From a virus (taxonomy: Duplodnaviria > Caudoviricetes), in the IMG/VR virus record IMGVR_UViG_3300017650_000161, positions 1 to 38,331 of that record: a DNA stretch of 38,331 bases, one strand, 5' to 3'. The translations under genes were made by a program, and so were the position numbers. A model generated the notes under the pieces. That model was not told the origin of the DNA. It was given only the letters and a program-made list of their open reading frames with translations, and did not search any database. Shown here one piece after another: positions 26,772 through 35,809 of the stretch (positions within the stretch are counted from its first letter, which is position 1; each line of letters starts with the position of its first letter).

Positions 26772-27862
26772 TGGCGCTCCAGTCCACCAACAACCAGGCC
26801 GACCCGCGCGCCGACCATCCAGCGCCGCAGTGGCGCGTCGTCGTGGACGGCAAGGACATGACGGCCAAGGTGGCCCCGCGCCTCATGAGCCTGTCCATTA
26901 CCGAATGCCGGTCCGACCAGGCCGACCAACTCGACCTAGTACTGGACGACGCCGACGGCCGTCTGGCACTTCCTCGCCGTGGCGTAAGCGTGCGCGTGTA
27001 CCTGGGCTGGAATGGGCCGCGCGGCCTGGTGGACAAGGGCACGTTTGAGGTGGATGAGGTGGAGTTTTCTGGACCGCCGGACACCATCACCCTGCGGGCG
27101 CGCAGCGCAGACATGGGCAACGCGCTGCGTACGCGCGCTACGCGCAGCTTTCACAAGACCACCATCAAGGCCATTGTTGAAACCGTGGCCAAGGCGCACA
27201 AGCTCTCCCCGGTAGTCGGCCTGTTTGGAGAAACCAAGATTGCGCACATCGACCAGACAGACGAATCGGACCTAGCATTTCTGAATCGCATCGGTAAGCG
27301 TTACGACGCCGTGGCCACCATCAAAGAGGGCAAGCTGCTGTTTTTGCCGGTGGGCAAGGGCGACAATGCGAGCGGCCAGGAAATGCCCACCATCGAGCTG
27401 TCGCGCCGCGATGGCGACCGCATCCGGTATCACGTCGCCGACCGTGATTCGTACACAGGCGTGCGCGCGTCATGGCAGGACAAGGGCAAGGCCACGCGGC
27501 GCCACGTCCTCGCCGGCGTTATCGGCAACGCCAAGCGCCTGCGCCAGTTATACGCCAGCGAAGAGGATGCGCTCGAAGCTGCCCGCGCCGAATGGGCACG
27601 GCTGCAGCGGGGCATGGCGACACTGCATTTCGATTTGGCATACGGCCGGCCGGAGCTGGCGCCACAAACGAAGGTCCGCTTTGCAGGTCTGAAAGAACCC
27701 ATCAGCGCAACCGTCTGGCTTCTGTCGCGCGTGACGCACAAGCTGGACGATGGCGGCCTGACTACGACGGCGGAAGGCGAAACGATAGAAGCGGCAGACG
27801 CGCGCAAGACGGACGAGGCCCCGCCCAGCGGCGACCTGCCGGCGGATGAAGACGCGGACTAG
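26771..27862 (+). CDS. D: Baseplate hub / late control D protein (P2 gpD)
   Basis: ADQLDLVLDD, LVDKGTFEVDEVE, GPPD, HIDQTDESDLAFL and YTGVRASW. Confidence 0.93.
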   Translation: MALQSTNNQADPRADHPAPQWRVVVDGKDMTAKVAPRLMSLSITECRSDQADQLDLVLDDADGRLALPRRGVSVRVYLGWNGPRGLVDKGTFEVDEVEFSGPPDTITLRARSADMGNALRTRATRSFHKTTIKAIVETVAKAHKLSPVVGLFGETKIAHIDQTDESDLAFLNRIGKRYDAVATIKEGKLLFLPVGKGDNASGQEMPTIELSRRDGDRIRYHVADRDSYTGVRASWQDKGKATRRHVLAGVIGNAKRLRQLYASEEDALEAARAEWARLQRGMATLHFDLAYGRPELAPQTKVRFAGLKEPISATVWLLSRVTHKLDDGGLTTTAEGETIEAADARKTDEAPPSGDLPADEDAD

Positions 27863-27874
27863 GACCGCGACCTG

Positions 27875-28170
27875 CTACCGCTGGACGTTCACTTTCACGT
27901 TAACCACCAACTGCACCGCGCCGATCTGGATATTGTTATTGCCGCGTATGGATTGACGCGGCGCAGGCTCGCCAGCGAGCTGCGTGTTTCCATCCCCCTC
28001 GATGCGCTGCTCATTGGCGGCCCCTTGACCTGCGCAGGCGGGTGCCGTCTTTCTCTGGCTATCTTAAGGGCTTCGTGCAACGACTCCAGCACTCCCCCTC
28101 CGGGAGGCTGATCTAAGCGGGCTTGGTTAAGGAAATGAACGTTTGAACCAGGGTCATGAGGCTTATGCAT
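27875..28170 (-). pseudogene. Small hypothetical gene downstream of the repressor, possibly frameshifted
   Basis: ATG at 28170 with AGGAAG upstream. The more protein-like C-terminus (QRIEGDGNTQLAG...QSIRGNNNIQIG) is in the -1 frame and ends at TAG 27875. Confidence 0.35.
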
Positions 28171-28416
28171 TTTTATCTTCCTACTGTGCTTGGCCAGCTC
28201 CATACCGACACCGATTACCGGCGGCGCCTGTAGCCCTTGCCGGCTTTATGAGGGCGTCTATACCCCCTTGCCTCGGTTGCCCCCGGTCAGACGCACCCGC
28301 TAACTCGGGCCGGTAAGCCTACAAGCGGCCGCAAGTGTGCTCTCTGCTGCAGCCAAGGCCTGCACGCCTAAATCTTTACGAAACACAAGCTTCTCCTTTG
28401 GAGGGGCTGTAGCGAA

Positions 28417-28821
28417 TCAAGCCGCGAGTTGTAGAACCAATTCGGTCAGCTTGTCCTTGTCTATCGCCATTTCAGATTTGCTGGCGTTGAACAAGGCTTC
28501 TGCGGCCTTTCTCTTTTTCGCTGGGCTGAGTTCGCGGCCCGCTGCTTCAAGAGCAAGCTCCAGCGTCTCCCAAGCCATCCCATACCGCTCTATGTCGGCT
28601 TGCACGTCCCGCGCAGACATGGCGCGCGCGCCAGTCACGATATAGAGCACGTCCGCGCCCGCAGCGGCTACCGCTTCGAGGTAGGCCATATCGGGTTGCC
28701 GCAAGCCCTTTTCATAGTTCGCCTGGGCACCACGGCCGACGCCGCCGAGCGCTGCGAACTCCCCTTGGCCATAACCGAGGCGTAGCCGTTCTTCCGTAAG
28801 CCTTTCGTGCGATGTTTTCAT
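28417..28821 (-). CDS. Immunity repressor, XRE-family HTH (no S24 peptidase domain)
   Basis: RLTEERLRLGYGQGEFA..GGV...AQANYEKGLRQPD..YL and DVLYIVTG; divergent from the early operon. Confidence 0.9.
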   Translation of the reverse strand: MKTSHERLTEERLRLGYGQGEFAALGGVGRGAQANYEKGLRQPDMAYLEAVAAAGADVLYIVTGARAMSARDVQADIERYGMAWETLELALEAAGRELSPAKKRKAAEALFNASKSEMAIDKDKLTELVLQLAA

Positions 28822-28866
28822 TTGATAGCAGTCCTATTGACGGATGCTCTCGTTTGAGAGCATAAT
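28812..28866 (+). promoter_or_regulatory. Lytic early promoter with two operator palindromes
   Basis: TTGACG (28837) N18 CATAAT (28861); perfect palindrome ATGCTCTC-GTTT-GAGAGCAT at 28844..28863; 15/20 copy at 28812..28831 over the repressor start codon. Confidence 0.75.
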
Positions 28867-28900
28867 CACAACGTCACGTCACAAAGCAGAGTGTCACACC

Positions 28901-29125
28901 ATGCAACATACACCATCTAAGCGCCGGTCGGCGCCCAAACGAGTGCAACGCCCCATGGTTGGGCTGCGGATGGACGCAGCCGAATACGAGCAGTGCAAGG
29001 AATTTGCAGAAGCAGACGCACGATCTGCCGGCCAATTCGCGTTACTGATGTATCGGCGCGGACTTGAAGCCTGGGAGGCCGAGCGCAAAGCGGCAAGGCC
29101 TTCCCGCCGTGGCGGTGCGCAATGA
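28901..29125 (+). CDS. Small DNA-binding protein, Cox/Cro-position
   Basis: First gene after the early promoter; basic, RHH-like VGLRM...RS..QFA sequence. The ATG at 28844 lies inside the promoter, so 28901 is preferred. Confidence 0.65.
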   Translation: MQHTPSKRRSAPKRVQRPMVGLRMDAAEYEQCKEFAEADARSAGQFALLMYRRGLEAWEAERKAARPSRRGGAQ

Positions 29126-29406
29126 ACGTCCTCGGGCAGCATTGCCCTCACTGCAATGCGTTTGCGACGGTCCGCACTAGCGAGGCCGTATCTCCCACGT
29201 TGCGAATTCTCTACTTCCAATGCCGTGACCTGACCTGCGGGCATACCTGGGTTTCGCATCTGGAGGCCGTGCGCACGGTGTCTCCCGCTTCCCTGCCTAA
29301 TCCGCACGTCCACCTGCCCTTGTCGAGCAAGGCCGACATCATCCGTCAGCGCCTCGCGTCGTCATCCGATCCACGCCAATTGAGCCTTGACCATGAAATC
29401 CAATAA
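29122..29406 (+). CDS. ogr: Ogr/Delta zinc-finger late transcription activator
   Basis: CPHC...RTS...YFQCRDLTCGHTW...SPASLPNP. Confidence 0.9.
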   Translation: MNVLGQHCPHCNAFATVRTSEAVSPTLRILYFQCRDLTCGHTWVSHLEAVRTVSPASLPNPHVHLPLSSKADIIRQRLASSSDPRQLSLDHEIQ

Positions 29407-29797
29407 CGCCCGTCTTTCCGTTGTGCATGGTTCCGTCAACTGGAGCCGCAGCTTTCTTGCCGATCAGGCACACCAGTTCATCGCGGTTGAATTGGCCAAC
29501 AGCGGCCGCCATGCAGCCCTGATGGACAACCATCTGCTTGAGCGCTGCACCGCACATTTGGTGGCGTTGGCTGGTTGCTCTGTCACGACTGCCGCCACTC
29601 AGGCGGCGCAGGTAATCGCGGAGCACGACAGCGCCCGTAGCCGCGTAACACTCGACATGGACCGCAGCACCAACCATGCGCTGTTTGTGGTGGACCGCGA
29701 CCAAGGCACCACGCGCGTGATTTCCGCCGCCGAGTTGGCAAAGATTCTGGACGCGCACCAGGCCGGCCAGACGCTGCAGAGCGCGTCCGCGCACTAA
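29393..29797 (+). CDS. Phage hypothetical protein
   Basis: Overlaps the ogr end on the same strand, with phage-like codon usage. Confidence 0.7.
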   Translation: MKSNNARLSVVHGSVNWSRSFLADQAHQFIAVELANSGRHAALMDNHLLERCTAHLVALAGCSVTTAATQAAQVIAEHDSARSRVTLDMDRSTNHALFVVDRDQGTTRVISAAELAKILDAHQAGQTLQSASAH

Positions 29798-29876
29798 CCC
29801 CCTACCCCCCGATTTCCGTCTTGCTGGCGGGCGTTCTAACGCCCGCCACGGGTAACTGCTTTCCAAAGGAATTGAT

Positions 29877-30107
29877 ATGCCCGCCATCCCCGTGCATGCC
29901 CGCATCGAAACGCACATGAACGACGAAGAGGTAAAGGCCTTGGCCCAGCTCACCGAATACCTTGTTCGCGGCGCCTATGAACCTGGACACTCCCTTTTCC
30001 TGACCGCCGCCGGCGATGCTGCCATGTCCGGCCACATGCTCACCGCCGCCTGCGCTGTCCACGCCGCCGCTATGCGCACCCTGCGCGAACGCAACCTGTT
30101 GGCGTAA
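29877..30107 (+). CDS. Phage hypothetical protein
   Basis: AAGGA RBS; ends 2 bp before the primase start. Confidence 0.7.
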   Translation: MPAIPVHARIETHMNDEEVKALAQLTEYLVRGAYEPGHSLFLTAAGDAAMSGHMLTAACAVHAAAMRTLRERNLLA

Positions 30108-30109
30108 TC

Positions 30110-32812
30110 ATGAAGCCCGATATTCACCGCGAGGTCATGGAGCGCTTGGCGGAATTCAACTTCAAGGAGGTCAAGGGCTGGCTGCGTCAAGGCCGCTGCC
30201 CTGCCTGCAACAAGAAGGAGCTTTACACCTCTGCAGAGCATCCTTGGGTGCTGCGCTGCGGCCGCCTGAACAACTGCGGGTATGAAGGTCATGTCAAAGA
30301 CCTGTATCCGGAAATCTTTGACAGCTGGTCCACGCGGTACGCGGTTGAGGCGAAGACCAATCCGAATGCCGCCGCCGATGCGTATCTCATGCACGCCCGC
30401 GGCTTTGATATCTCGAAGCTGCGCGGCAGCTACACGCAGGAGACTTACCACGACCACGAAAAAGGCATTACTTCGGCAACGGTGCGCTTTCCCGTTGCCC
30501 AGACCTATTGGGAACGCCTGATAGATCAACCTAGCCGCTTCGGCAAGAAGAAGGCTCGCTTCAAGTTCGGCGGCAGCTACATGGGCGAATGGTGGACCCC
30601 GCCCGGGTTCGACATCGCCAAGGTTGTCGAGCTGTGGCTTGTTGAAGGAATATTCGACGCGATTGCGCTCTGGTCGGTCGGCATTCACGCGGCCGCCCTG
30701 CTTTCCTGCAACAACTATCCCAGCGTCGCCCTGCGCGTAGTAGAGGACGCACGCCCTAACAACCTGCCGCACCTGGTGTGGGCGCTCGACGGCGATAGCG
30801 CTGGCCGCAGCTTCATCCGCAAGTTTGTCCAACGCGCGGAAGACGACGGCTGGAAATGCAAGGCCGCCATCATCCCGCAAGACGGGCGTGTAAAGCGCGA
30901 CTGGAATGACCTATACCAGCTCGACCGAAACACCGAGGACACGGCCAAGCAGCGCCTTTCCGTGGAAGGGCGCAAGCTCTACCTGCACCACGGCGCGGTG
31001 CTGCTGGCCAAGTCCGCTACTGAAAAGGCTCTGCTGCTGTACGAGCACGACAACAGCCGCACCGAGTTTGATTTTGAATTCGGCAAGCGCCTGTACTGGT
31101 TCCGCATGGACATCGATGCGTATCAGAAGGCTATGGACCGCATCGGCAACGAAGCCAAGGAACAGCACTCATCCGAAGAGCTGCGCGCGCTGGCGCTGCG
31201 CGAAGCGGGCGGCATCCGTCCCATTTCCAACTGCTACCCCTCGCCCCTCTATTTCCAAGAAAACAAGCTGACAGACGAGAGCTGGTATTACTTCCGCGTG
31301 GAATTCCCCCACGACGGCCCCCCCGTTAAGAACACCTTCACGTCATCCCAGGTATCGACCGCCAGCGAATTCAAGAAGCGCCTGCTTGCCATCGCACCGG
31401 GCGCCATGTTCTCGGGTCAAGGCCATCATTTGGACAAGATGATGGAGCGGCGCCTCTACAACATCAAGCGCGTGGAAACCGTCGACTTTACGGGGTACAG
31501 CCGGGACCACGGCTGCTTTGTTTTCGGAAAGCTCGCCGTGAAAGACGGCTCTGTCTTTCATATCAACGCAGAAGACTACTTCGACATTGGCAAGTTGTCG
31601 GTGAAGTCCCTCAGCCAATCCGTTGACCTGAAGATCAATGAAGATGTCAACGACTACAACACAGAGTGGTATGGGCACCTGTGGACCGCGTTTGGGCCGC
31701 GTGGCGTTGTAGCCCTGGCGTACTGGCTGGGTTCCTTGTTCTCCGAACAGATTCGCGCGTGCCATGGGTTCTATCCGTTTCTCGAAATCGTCGGCGAGGC
31801 CGGCTCCGGGAAATCCACCCTCATCGACTTCCTGTGGAAGCTGCTGGGACGCGAGAACTACGAAGGCTTCGACCCCTCGAAGGCCACCGTTGCCGCCCGT
31901 GCGCGCAACTTCGCGCAGGTCGCGGGCCTGCCCATTGTTCTCATCGAATCCGACCGCGAACGACTCTCCGAGGACAAGACCCACGTTAAGTCCTTCGATT
32001 GGGATGAACTGAAAACGGCCTTCAACGGCCGCAGCATTCGTTCGCGCGGCGTAGCAAACGGCGGGAATGAAACCTATGAGCCGCCGTTCCGGGCATCCAT
32101 AGTCATCGCTCAGAACAACGAGGTGAATGCATCAGAGGCCATTCTCTCGCGCATTGTCCATGTCCGCATCGACCGTTCCGACCAGTCGCCGGCGTCTTAT
32201 GAGGCCGCGCAAGCGCTGGCTGCCGCGAGCGTTGACGAGGTTTCCCATTTCATCTTGGCCGCCGCCAAGCGCGAAGCAGACGTAATGAACATCGTGAAGG
32301 CACGCATGCCCGTCTACCGCCGGGCGATCCTCGACCGCCGGGAAGTCCGCATGATCCGAATCGGGGAGTGTCACGGCCAGCTCATGTCCTTGTTGGACGC
32401 GCTGAAAACTCTGGTCCCGATGACCGACGAGCAACACGCCGAATCTGTCACGTACGTGGCCAACATGGCCACCGCGCGCCAACTGGTTCTCAACGCAGAC
32501 CATCCCCTGGTGCAGGAATTCTGGGATGCGTACTCCTACCTGAATGGGGACGACGAAATGTCGCCCCAGCTGAATCACTCGTGCGATCAGGAGGTGATAG
32601 CTGTGAACCTGAATCAGTTTATCGAGGTCGCCGCAGGTCATCGTCAGCAGGTGCCGGCGCTGCGCGACTTGAAGAAGGTTCTCCGGACGAGTCGCCAATA
32701 CAAGTTCCTGGGCGTCAAGACCGTCAAGAGCCGTATGCGCGAGAACAGCAGCCAGGCCGGCAGCAGTAAGGCGTCTACGGTTCATTGCTGGGTCTTCAAG
32801 AAGGGGGCATAG
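30110..32812 (+). CDS. Replication protein: Zn-finger + TOPRIM primase + P-loop helicase
   Basis: CPAC...CGRLNNCG zinc finger; LVEGIFDA and ALDGD TOPRIM motifs; Walker A GEAGSGKST; Walker B-like VLIESD. Confidence 0.9.
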   Translation: MKPDIHREVMERLAEFNFKEVKGWLRQGRCPACNKKELYTSAEHPWVLRCGRLNNCGYEGHVKDLYPEIFDSWSTRYAVEAKTNPNAAADAYLMHARGFDISKLRGSYTQETYHDHEKGITSATVRFPVAQTYWERLIDQPSRFGKKKARFKFGGSYMGEWWTPPGFDIAKVVELWLVEGIFDAIALWSVGIHAAALLSCNNYPSVALRVVEDARPNNLPHLVWALDGDSAGRSFIRKFVQRAEDDGWKCKAAIIPQDGRVKRDWNDLYQLDRNTEDTAKQRLSVEGRKLYLHHGAVLLAKSATEKALLLYEHDNSRTEFDFEFGKRLYWFRMDIDAYQKAMDRIGNEAKEQHSSEELRALALREAGGIRPISNCYPSPLYFQENKLTDESWYYFRVEFPHDGPPVKNTFTSSQVSTASEFKKRLLAIAPGAMFSGQGHHLDKMMERRLYNIKRVETVDFTGYSRDHGCFVFGKLAVKDGSVFHINAEDYFDIGKLSVKSLSQSVDLKINEDVNDYNTEWYGHLWTAFGPRGVVALAYWLGSLFSEQIRACHGFYPFLEIVGEAGSGKSTLIDFLWKLLGRENYEGFDPSKATVAARARNFAQVAGLPIVLIESDRERLSEDKTHVKSFDWDELKTAFNGRSIRSRGVANGGNETYEPPFRASIVIAQNNEVNASEAILSRIVHVRIDRSDQSPASYEAAQALAAASVDEVSHFILAAAKREADVMNIVKARMPVYRRAILDRREVRMIRIGECHGQLMSLLDALKTLVPMTDEQHAESVTYVANMATARQLVLNADHPLVQEFWDAYSYLNGDDEMSPQLNHSCDQEVIAVNLNQFIEVAAGHRQQVPALRDLKKVLRTSRQYKFLGVKTVKSRMRENSSQAGSSKASTVHCWVFKKGA

Positions 32813-32814
32813 GG

Positions 32815-33078
32815 ATGCAAAAGCCAACCCCTGGACAACTCGCCCATGCTCACGCCGAGGCCGATCTGCGCGGCACGTTGGCCGAGGCCATGCGTTCGCC
32901 CGTGCTGGCGCGCTGCCTGGAAATCACCGCGCTGGCGCTCTCGCAACCACGCGCGGACCGCTACCGCCCGCCGCCGGCTGCACCGCCTGCAATCGCATCC
33001 CCAACCGGCAACACCGACCAATTCACATCACCGCGCCGCGACTACAAGCGAGCGAGCGCGGCAGACACCGAGGAATAA
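32815..33078 (+). CDS. Phage hypothetical protein
   Basis: Tightly packed after the primase; C-terminal DYKRASAAD motif. Confidence 0.65.
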   Translation: MQKPTPGQLAHAHAEADLRGTLAEAMRSPVLARCLEITALALSQPRADRYRPPPAAPPAIASPTGNTDQFTSPRRDYKRASAADTEE

Positions 33079-33080
33079 TT

Positions 33081-33362
33081 ATGGCTGACCCCAAGATGTA
33101 CGGACTGCATTGCAAGCCCCCGGCGATGCCCCCCCTGCATGCGGACCCATCCGCGCCCCACGAAGACCAAGACGGCAACGCGTTGCGCCTCGCCATCAAG
33201 CACCATATTTCCATCAAGCAACAGTACGGCCGGGTCACGGCCAAGGGTAAGTTCTCCGCTACCGTCAGCTTCCGGAACTGCGGCGGTGACAGATGCGCCG
33301 CAACGCGCCTTGCGATTTTTAGGGCGGCGGGCGTCGTGCCTTCTGACGAAACCGAGAGGTGA
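33081..33362 (+). CDS. Phage hypothetical protein
   Basis: GAGGA RBS; DGNALRLA and ATRLAIFRAA motifs. Confidence 0.65.
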   Translation: MADPKMYGLHCKPPAMPPLHADPSAPHEDQDGNALRLAIKHHISIKQQYGRVTAKGKFSATVSFRNCGGDRCAATRLAIFRAAGVVPSDETER

Positions 33363-33365
33363 GGT

Positions 33366-33689
33366 TTGGACTACTCCCGCCTGCCCGTTCCTGGCACCTT
33401 CCTGCGCCCCGTGGGCCGTATCCCCTGGTTCCGATTCTGCTTCGAGGTGGTGCGCGTCCTGCCCGAAGACGACGACGGGCCGGACCACTGGACCATGCGG
33501 CGATGGGGTCTCGGTGACGACCTCCAGCCATACCAAGACGAAGGCCCGCGCGGCGATAAGGCCCTGCAATACCTCACGAACCTTGAACGCGTGGCGCCCG
33601 GTGTATGGAAGGACACCGTGGCCGAACACTATGAACCCCGTTACTACCGCCTGATCGATGTGGGCGGGCAAAAGGATCTGTTCGCATGA
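33366..33689 (+). CDS. Phage hypothetical protein
   Basis: GAGGTGAGG RBS, TTG start; the stop overlaps the AlpA start (ATGA). Confidence 0.65.
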   Translation: MDYSRLPVPGTFLRPVGRIPWFRFCFEVVRVLPEDDDGPDHWTMRRWGLGDDLQPYQDEGPRGDKALQYLTNLERVAPGVWKDTVAEHYEPRYYRLIDVGGQKDLFA

Positions 33690-33898
33690 GCGACCAACTT
33701 GTTTACCGTCTTGGCGATCTCGTTCGCGTGCTCAGCCTGTCTAAGACAACGATCTATGAGCTTATCCAGCAAAGGGACTTTCCTTCCCCCGTAAGGCTCA
33801 CCGCCCGCTCGGTGGGATGGCGTGCGCGCGAGGTCAATGCATGGCTGGAAAGCAGGCCTCAAAACAAGGAGCGTATCCCCGCCCAAGTTTCCGGCTAA
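33686..33898 (+). CDS. AlpA-family regulator / excisionase (RDF)
   Basis: LSKTTIYELI...FPSPVRL..RSVGW...EV..WL; adjacent to att. Confidence 0.9.
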   Translation: MSDQLVYRLGDLVRVLSLSKTTIYELIQQRDFPSPVRLTARSVGWRAREVNAWLESRPQNKERIPAQVSG

Positions 33899-33929
33899 CG
33901 CTGGCCCCCCTGCTGGCCCCCCAAAGAGA

Positions 33930-33962
33930 AAAGGCTTAGCTCATAATTTGAGCTAAGCCTTT
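33930..33962. terminator. Phage-supplied hairpin downstream of the restored tRNA
   Basis: Perfect 14-bp stem AAAGGCTTAGCTCA-TAATT-TGAGCTAAGCCTTT. Confidence 0.8.
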
Positions 33963-33967
33963 GATTT

Positions 33968-34018
33968 TATTGGTCGGGGCGGTGGGATTCGAACTCACGA
34001 CCCTCTGCTCCCAAAGCA
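33968..34018. repeat. att core, right copy (overlaps intact tRNA 3' part)
   Basis: Identical to 1484..1534. Confidence 0.97.
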
Positions 34019-34047
34019 GATGCGCTACCAGGCTGCGCTACGCCCCG
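33971..34047 (-). tRNA. tRNA-Pro (TGG)
   Basis: The reverse complement CGGGGCGTAGCGCAGCCTGGTAGCGCATCTGCTTTGGGAGCAGAGGGTCGTGAGTTCGAATCCCACCGCCCCGACCA folds into a 77-nt cloverleaf with encoded CCA. Confidence 0.97.
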
Positions 34048-34105
34048 AAGGGTGGAGACTATACCAGAAACTGGTGTCTGGCGTGCGCTGCGCCCGACCC
34101 TGCGG

Positions 34106-34882
34106 TCAGCCGAAGCGGCCCGTGATGTAGTCCTCGGTTTCCTTGCGCGAGGGCTTAACAAAAATCTGGTCGGTCTGACCGAATTCCATCAGTTCGCCCA
34201 GGTACATATACGCGGTGTAGTCCGAGCAACGCGCGGCCTGCTGCATGTTGTGCGTCACGATCACGACGGTGTAGTCGTTCTTCAGTTCGGCGATCAGCTC
34301 TTCGATCTTGGCGGTGGAGATCGGATCCAGCGCCGAGCACGGCTCGTCGAGCAGCAGGACTTCGGGCTTGATCGCGACGCCGCGGGCGATGCACAGGCGC
34401 TGCTGCTGGCCGCCGGACAGGCTGTTGCCGCTTTGGTGCAGCTTGTCCTTCACTTCGTTCCACAGCGCGGCCTTGCTCAGCGCCCATTCCACGCGCTCGT
34501 CCATCTCGCCCTTGGACAGGCGTTCGAACAGACGCACGCCGAAGGCGATGTTGTCGTAGATGCTCATGGGGAACGGCGTGGGCTTCTGGAAGACCATGCC
34601 GACCTTGGCGCGGATCAGCGAGATGTCGGTCTTGGCCGTCAGCAGGTTTTCGCCGTCCAGGAGGATTTCGCCCTCGGCGCGCTGGCCGGGGTAGAGCTCG
34701 AACATGCGGTTGAACGTGCGCAGCAGGGTCGATTTGCCGCAGCCCGACGGGCCGATGAAGGCGGTGACCTTCTTCTCCTGGATCGACATGTTCACGTTGC
34801 GAATCGCGTGGAACTTGCCGTAGTAGAAGTTCAGGTCCTTGACCTCGAGCTTGTTCTTGACTGCGGTAGCGGTGTTTTCCAT
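34106..34882 (-). CDS. pstB: Phosphate ABC transporter ATP-binding protein
   Basis: [34 protein letters not shown] and YITGRFG. Confidence 0.98.
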   Translation of the reverse strand: MENTATAVKNKLEVKDLNFYYGKFHAIRNVNMSIQEKKVTAFIGPSGCGKSTLLRTFNRMFELYPGQRAEGEILLDGENLLTAKTDISLIRAKVGMVFQKPTPFPMSIYDNIAFGVRLFERLSKGEMDERVEWALSKAALWNEVKDKLHQSGNSLSGGQQQRLCIARGVAIKPEVLLLDEPCSALDPISTAKIEELIAELKNDYTVVIVTHNMQQAARCSDYTAYMYLGELMEFGQTDQIFVKPSRKETEDYITGRFG

Positions 34883-34930
34883 TGCATTTCCCTTGGCTCC
34901 GGCGCGCCTGGCGCGCCGGGATAGCGATCT

Positions 34931-35785
34931 TTACTTGCGGAACAAGTTGCGGGCGATGATGTTGATGCCCAACACCAGCAGCGTGATCAGCGTCGCGCCG
35001 GCCCAGGCCAGGTTGTTCCAGTCCTTGAAGGGGCTGGCGGCGTATTGGTAGATGACGACCGGCAGGTTGGCCATCGGACCGTTCATGTTCAGCGACATGA
35101 ACTGGTTCGACAGCGCGGTGAACAGCAGCGGCGCGGTTTCACCGGAGATGCGGGCGATGGCGAGCAGCACGCCGGTGATGATGCCGGACTTGGCGGCGCG
35201 ATAGCACACCATGGTGATCATGCGCCACTTCGGGCAGCCCAGCGCGGCGGTGGCCTCGCGCAGGCTATTGGGCACCAGCAGCAGCATGTTGTCGGTGGTG
35301 CGGACCACGACGGGAATCACCAGGATGGACAGCGCAACCGCGCCGGCCCAACCGGAGTAATGCCCCACCTGCGCCACATACACGGCGTAGATGAACAGAC
35401 CGATGATGATCGACGGCGCGGACAGCAGCACGTCGTTCAGGAATCGCGTGGCCGGCGCCAGCCAGCCGCGCTGGCCGTATTCAGCCAGATAGGTGCCGGC
35501 CAGGATGCCCACCGGCGTGCCGATCAACGTGCCGACGCCCGCCATCATCACGCTGCCGAGAATGGCGTTGAGCAAGCCCCCCGCCTGGCCCGGCGGCGGC
35601 GTGATTTCGGTGAAGAGCGTGTACGACAGCGCGGGCGCGCCCTTCATCAGCAACGTGATAATGATCCAGAACAGCCAGAACAGGCCGAAAATCAGCGTCG
35701 TCATCGACACGGCGAGCATGATGCGATTGACCACGCGGCGCCGGCGATAGATGCCGTTCTGCATGTTGAGTACGGATTCAGCCAT
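34931..35785 (-). CDS. pstA: Phosphate ABC transporter permease
   Basis: YLAEYG, SAPSIIIGLF, ARISGETAPLLFT and LAWAGA. Confidence 0.97.
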   Translation of the reverse strand: MAESVLNMQNGIYRRRRVVNRIMLAVSMTTLIFGLFWLFWIIITLLMKGAPALSYTLFTEITPPPGQAGGLLNAILGSVMMAGVGTLIGTPVGILAGTYLAEYGQRGWLAPATRFLNDVLLSAPSIIIGLFIYAVYVAQVGHYSGWAGAVALSILVIPVVVRTTDNMLLLVPNSLREATAALGCPKWRMITMVCYRAAKSGIITGVLLAIARISGETAPLLFTALSNQFMSLNMNGPMANLPVVIYQYAASPFKDWNNLAWAGATLITLLVLGINIIARNLFRK

Positions 35786-35809
35786 GGTTTTTCCTTGTGC
35801 TTCCGGGCG

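Larger units (their letters stand above)
1484..34018. mobile_element. P2-like (phiCTX-type) temperate myovirus prophage integrated in tRNA-Pro; predicted excised circle 32,484 bp
   Basis: 51-bp direct att repeats at both ends, integrase, cos, complete P2-type structural gene order, repressor, Ogr and replication protein. Confidence 0.97.

Noticed and set aside
33982-33998. A-C mismatch in the tRNA T-stem as phage-caused damage
   Set aside because: The same bases are present in both att copies, so integration did not alter the tRNA.
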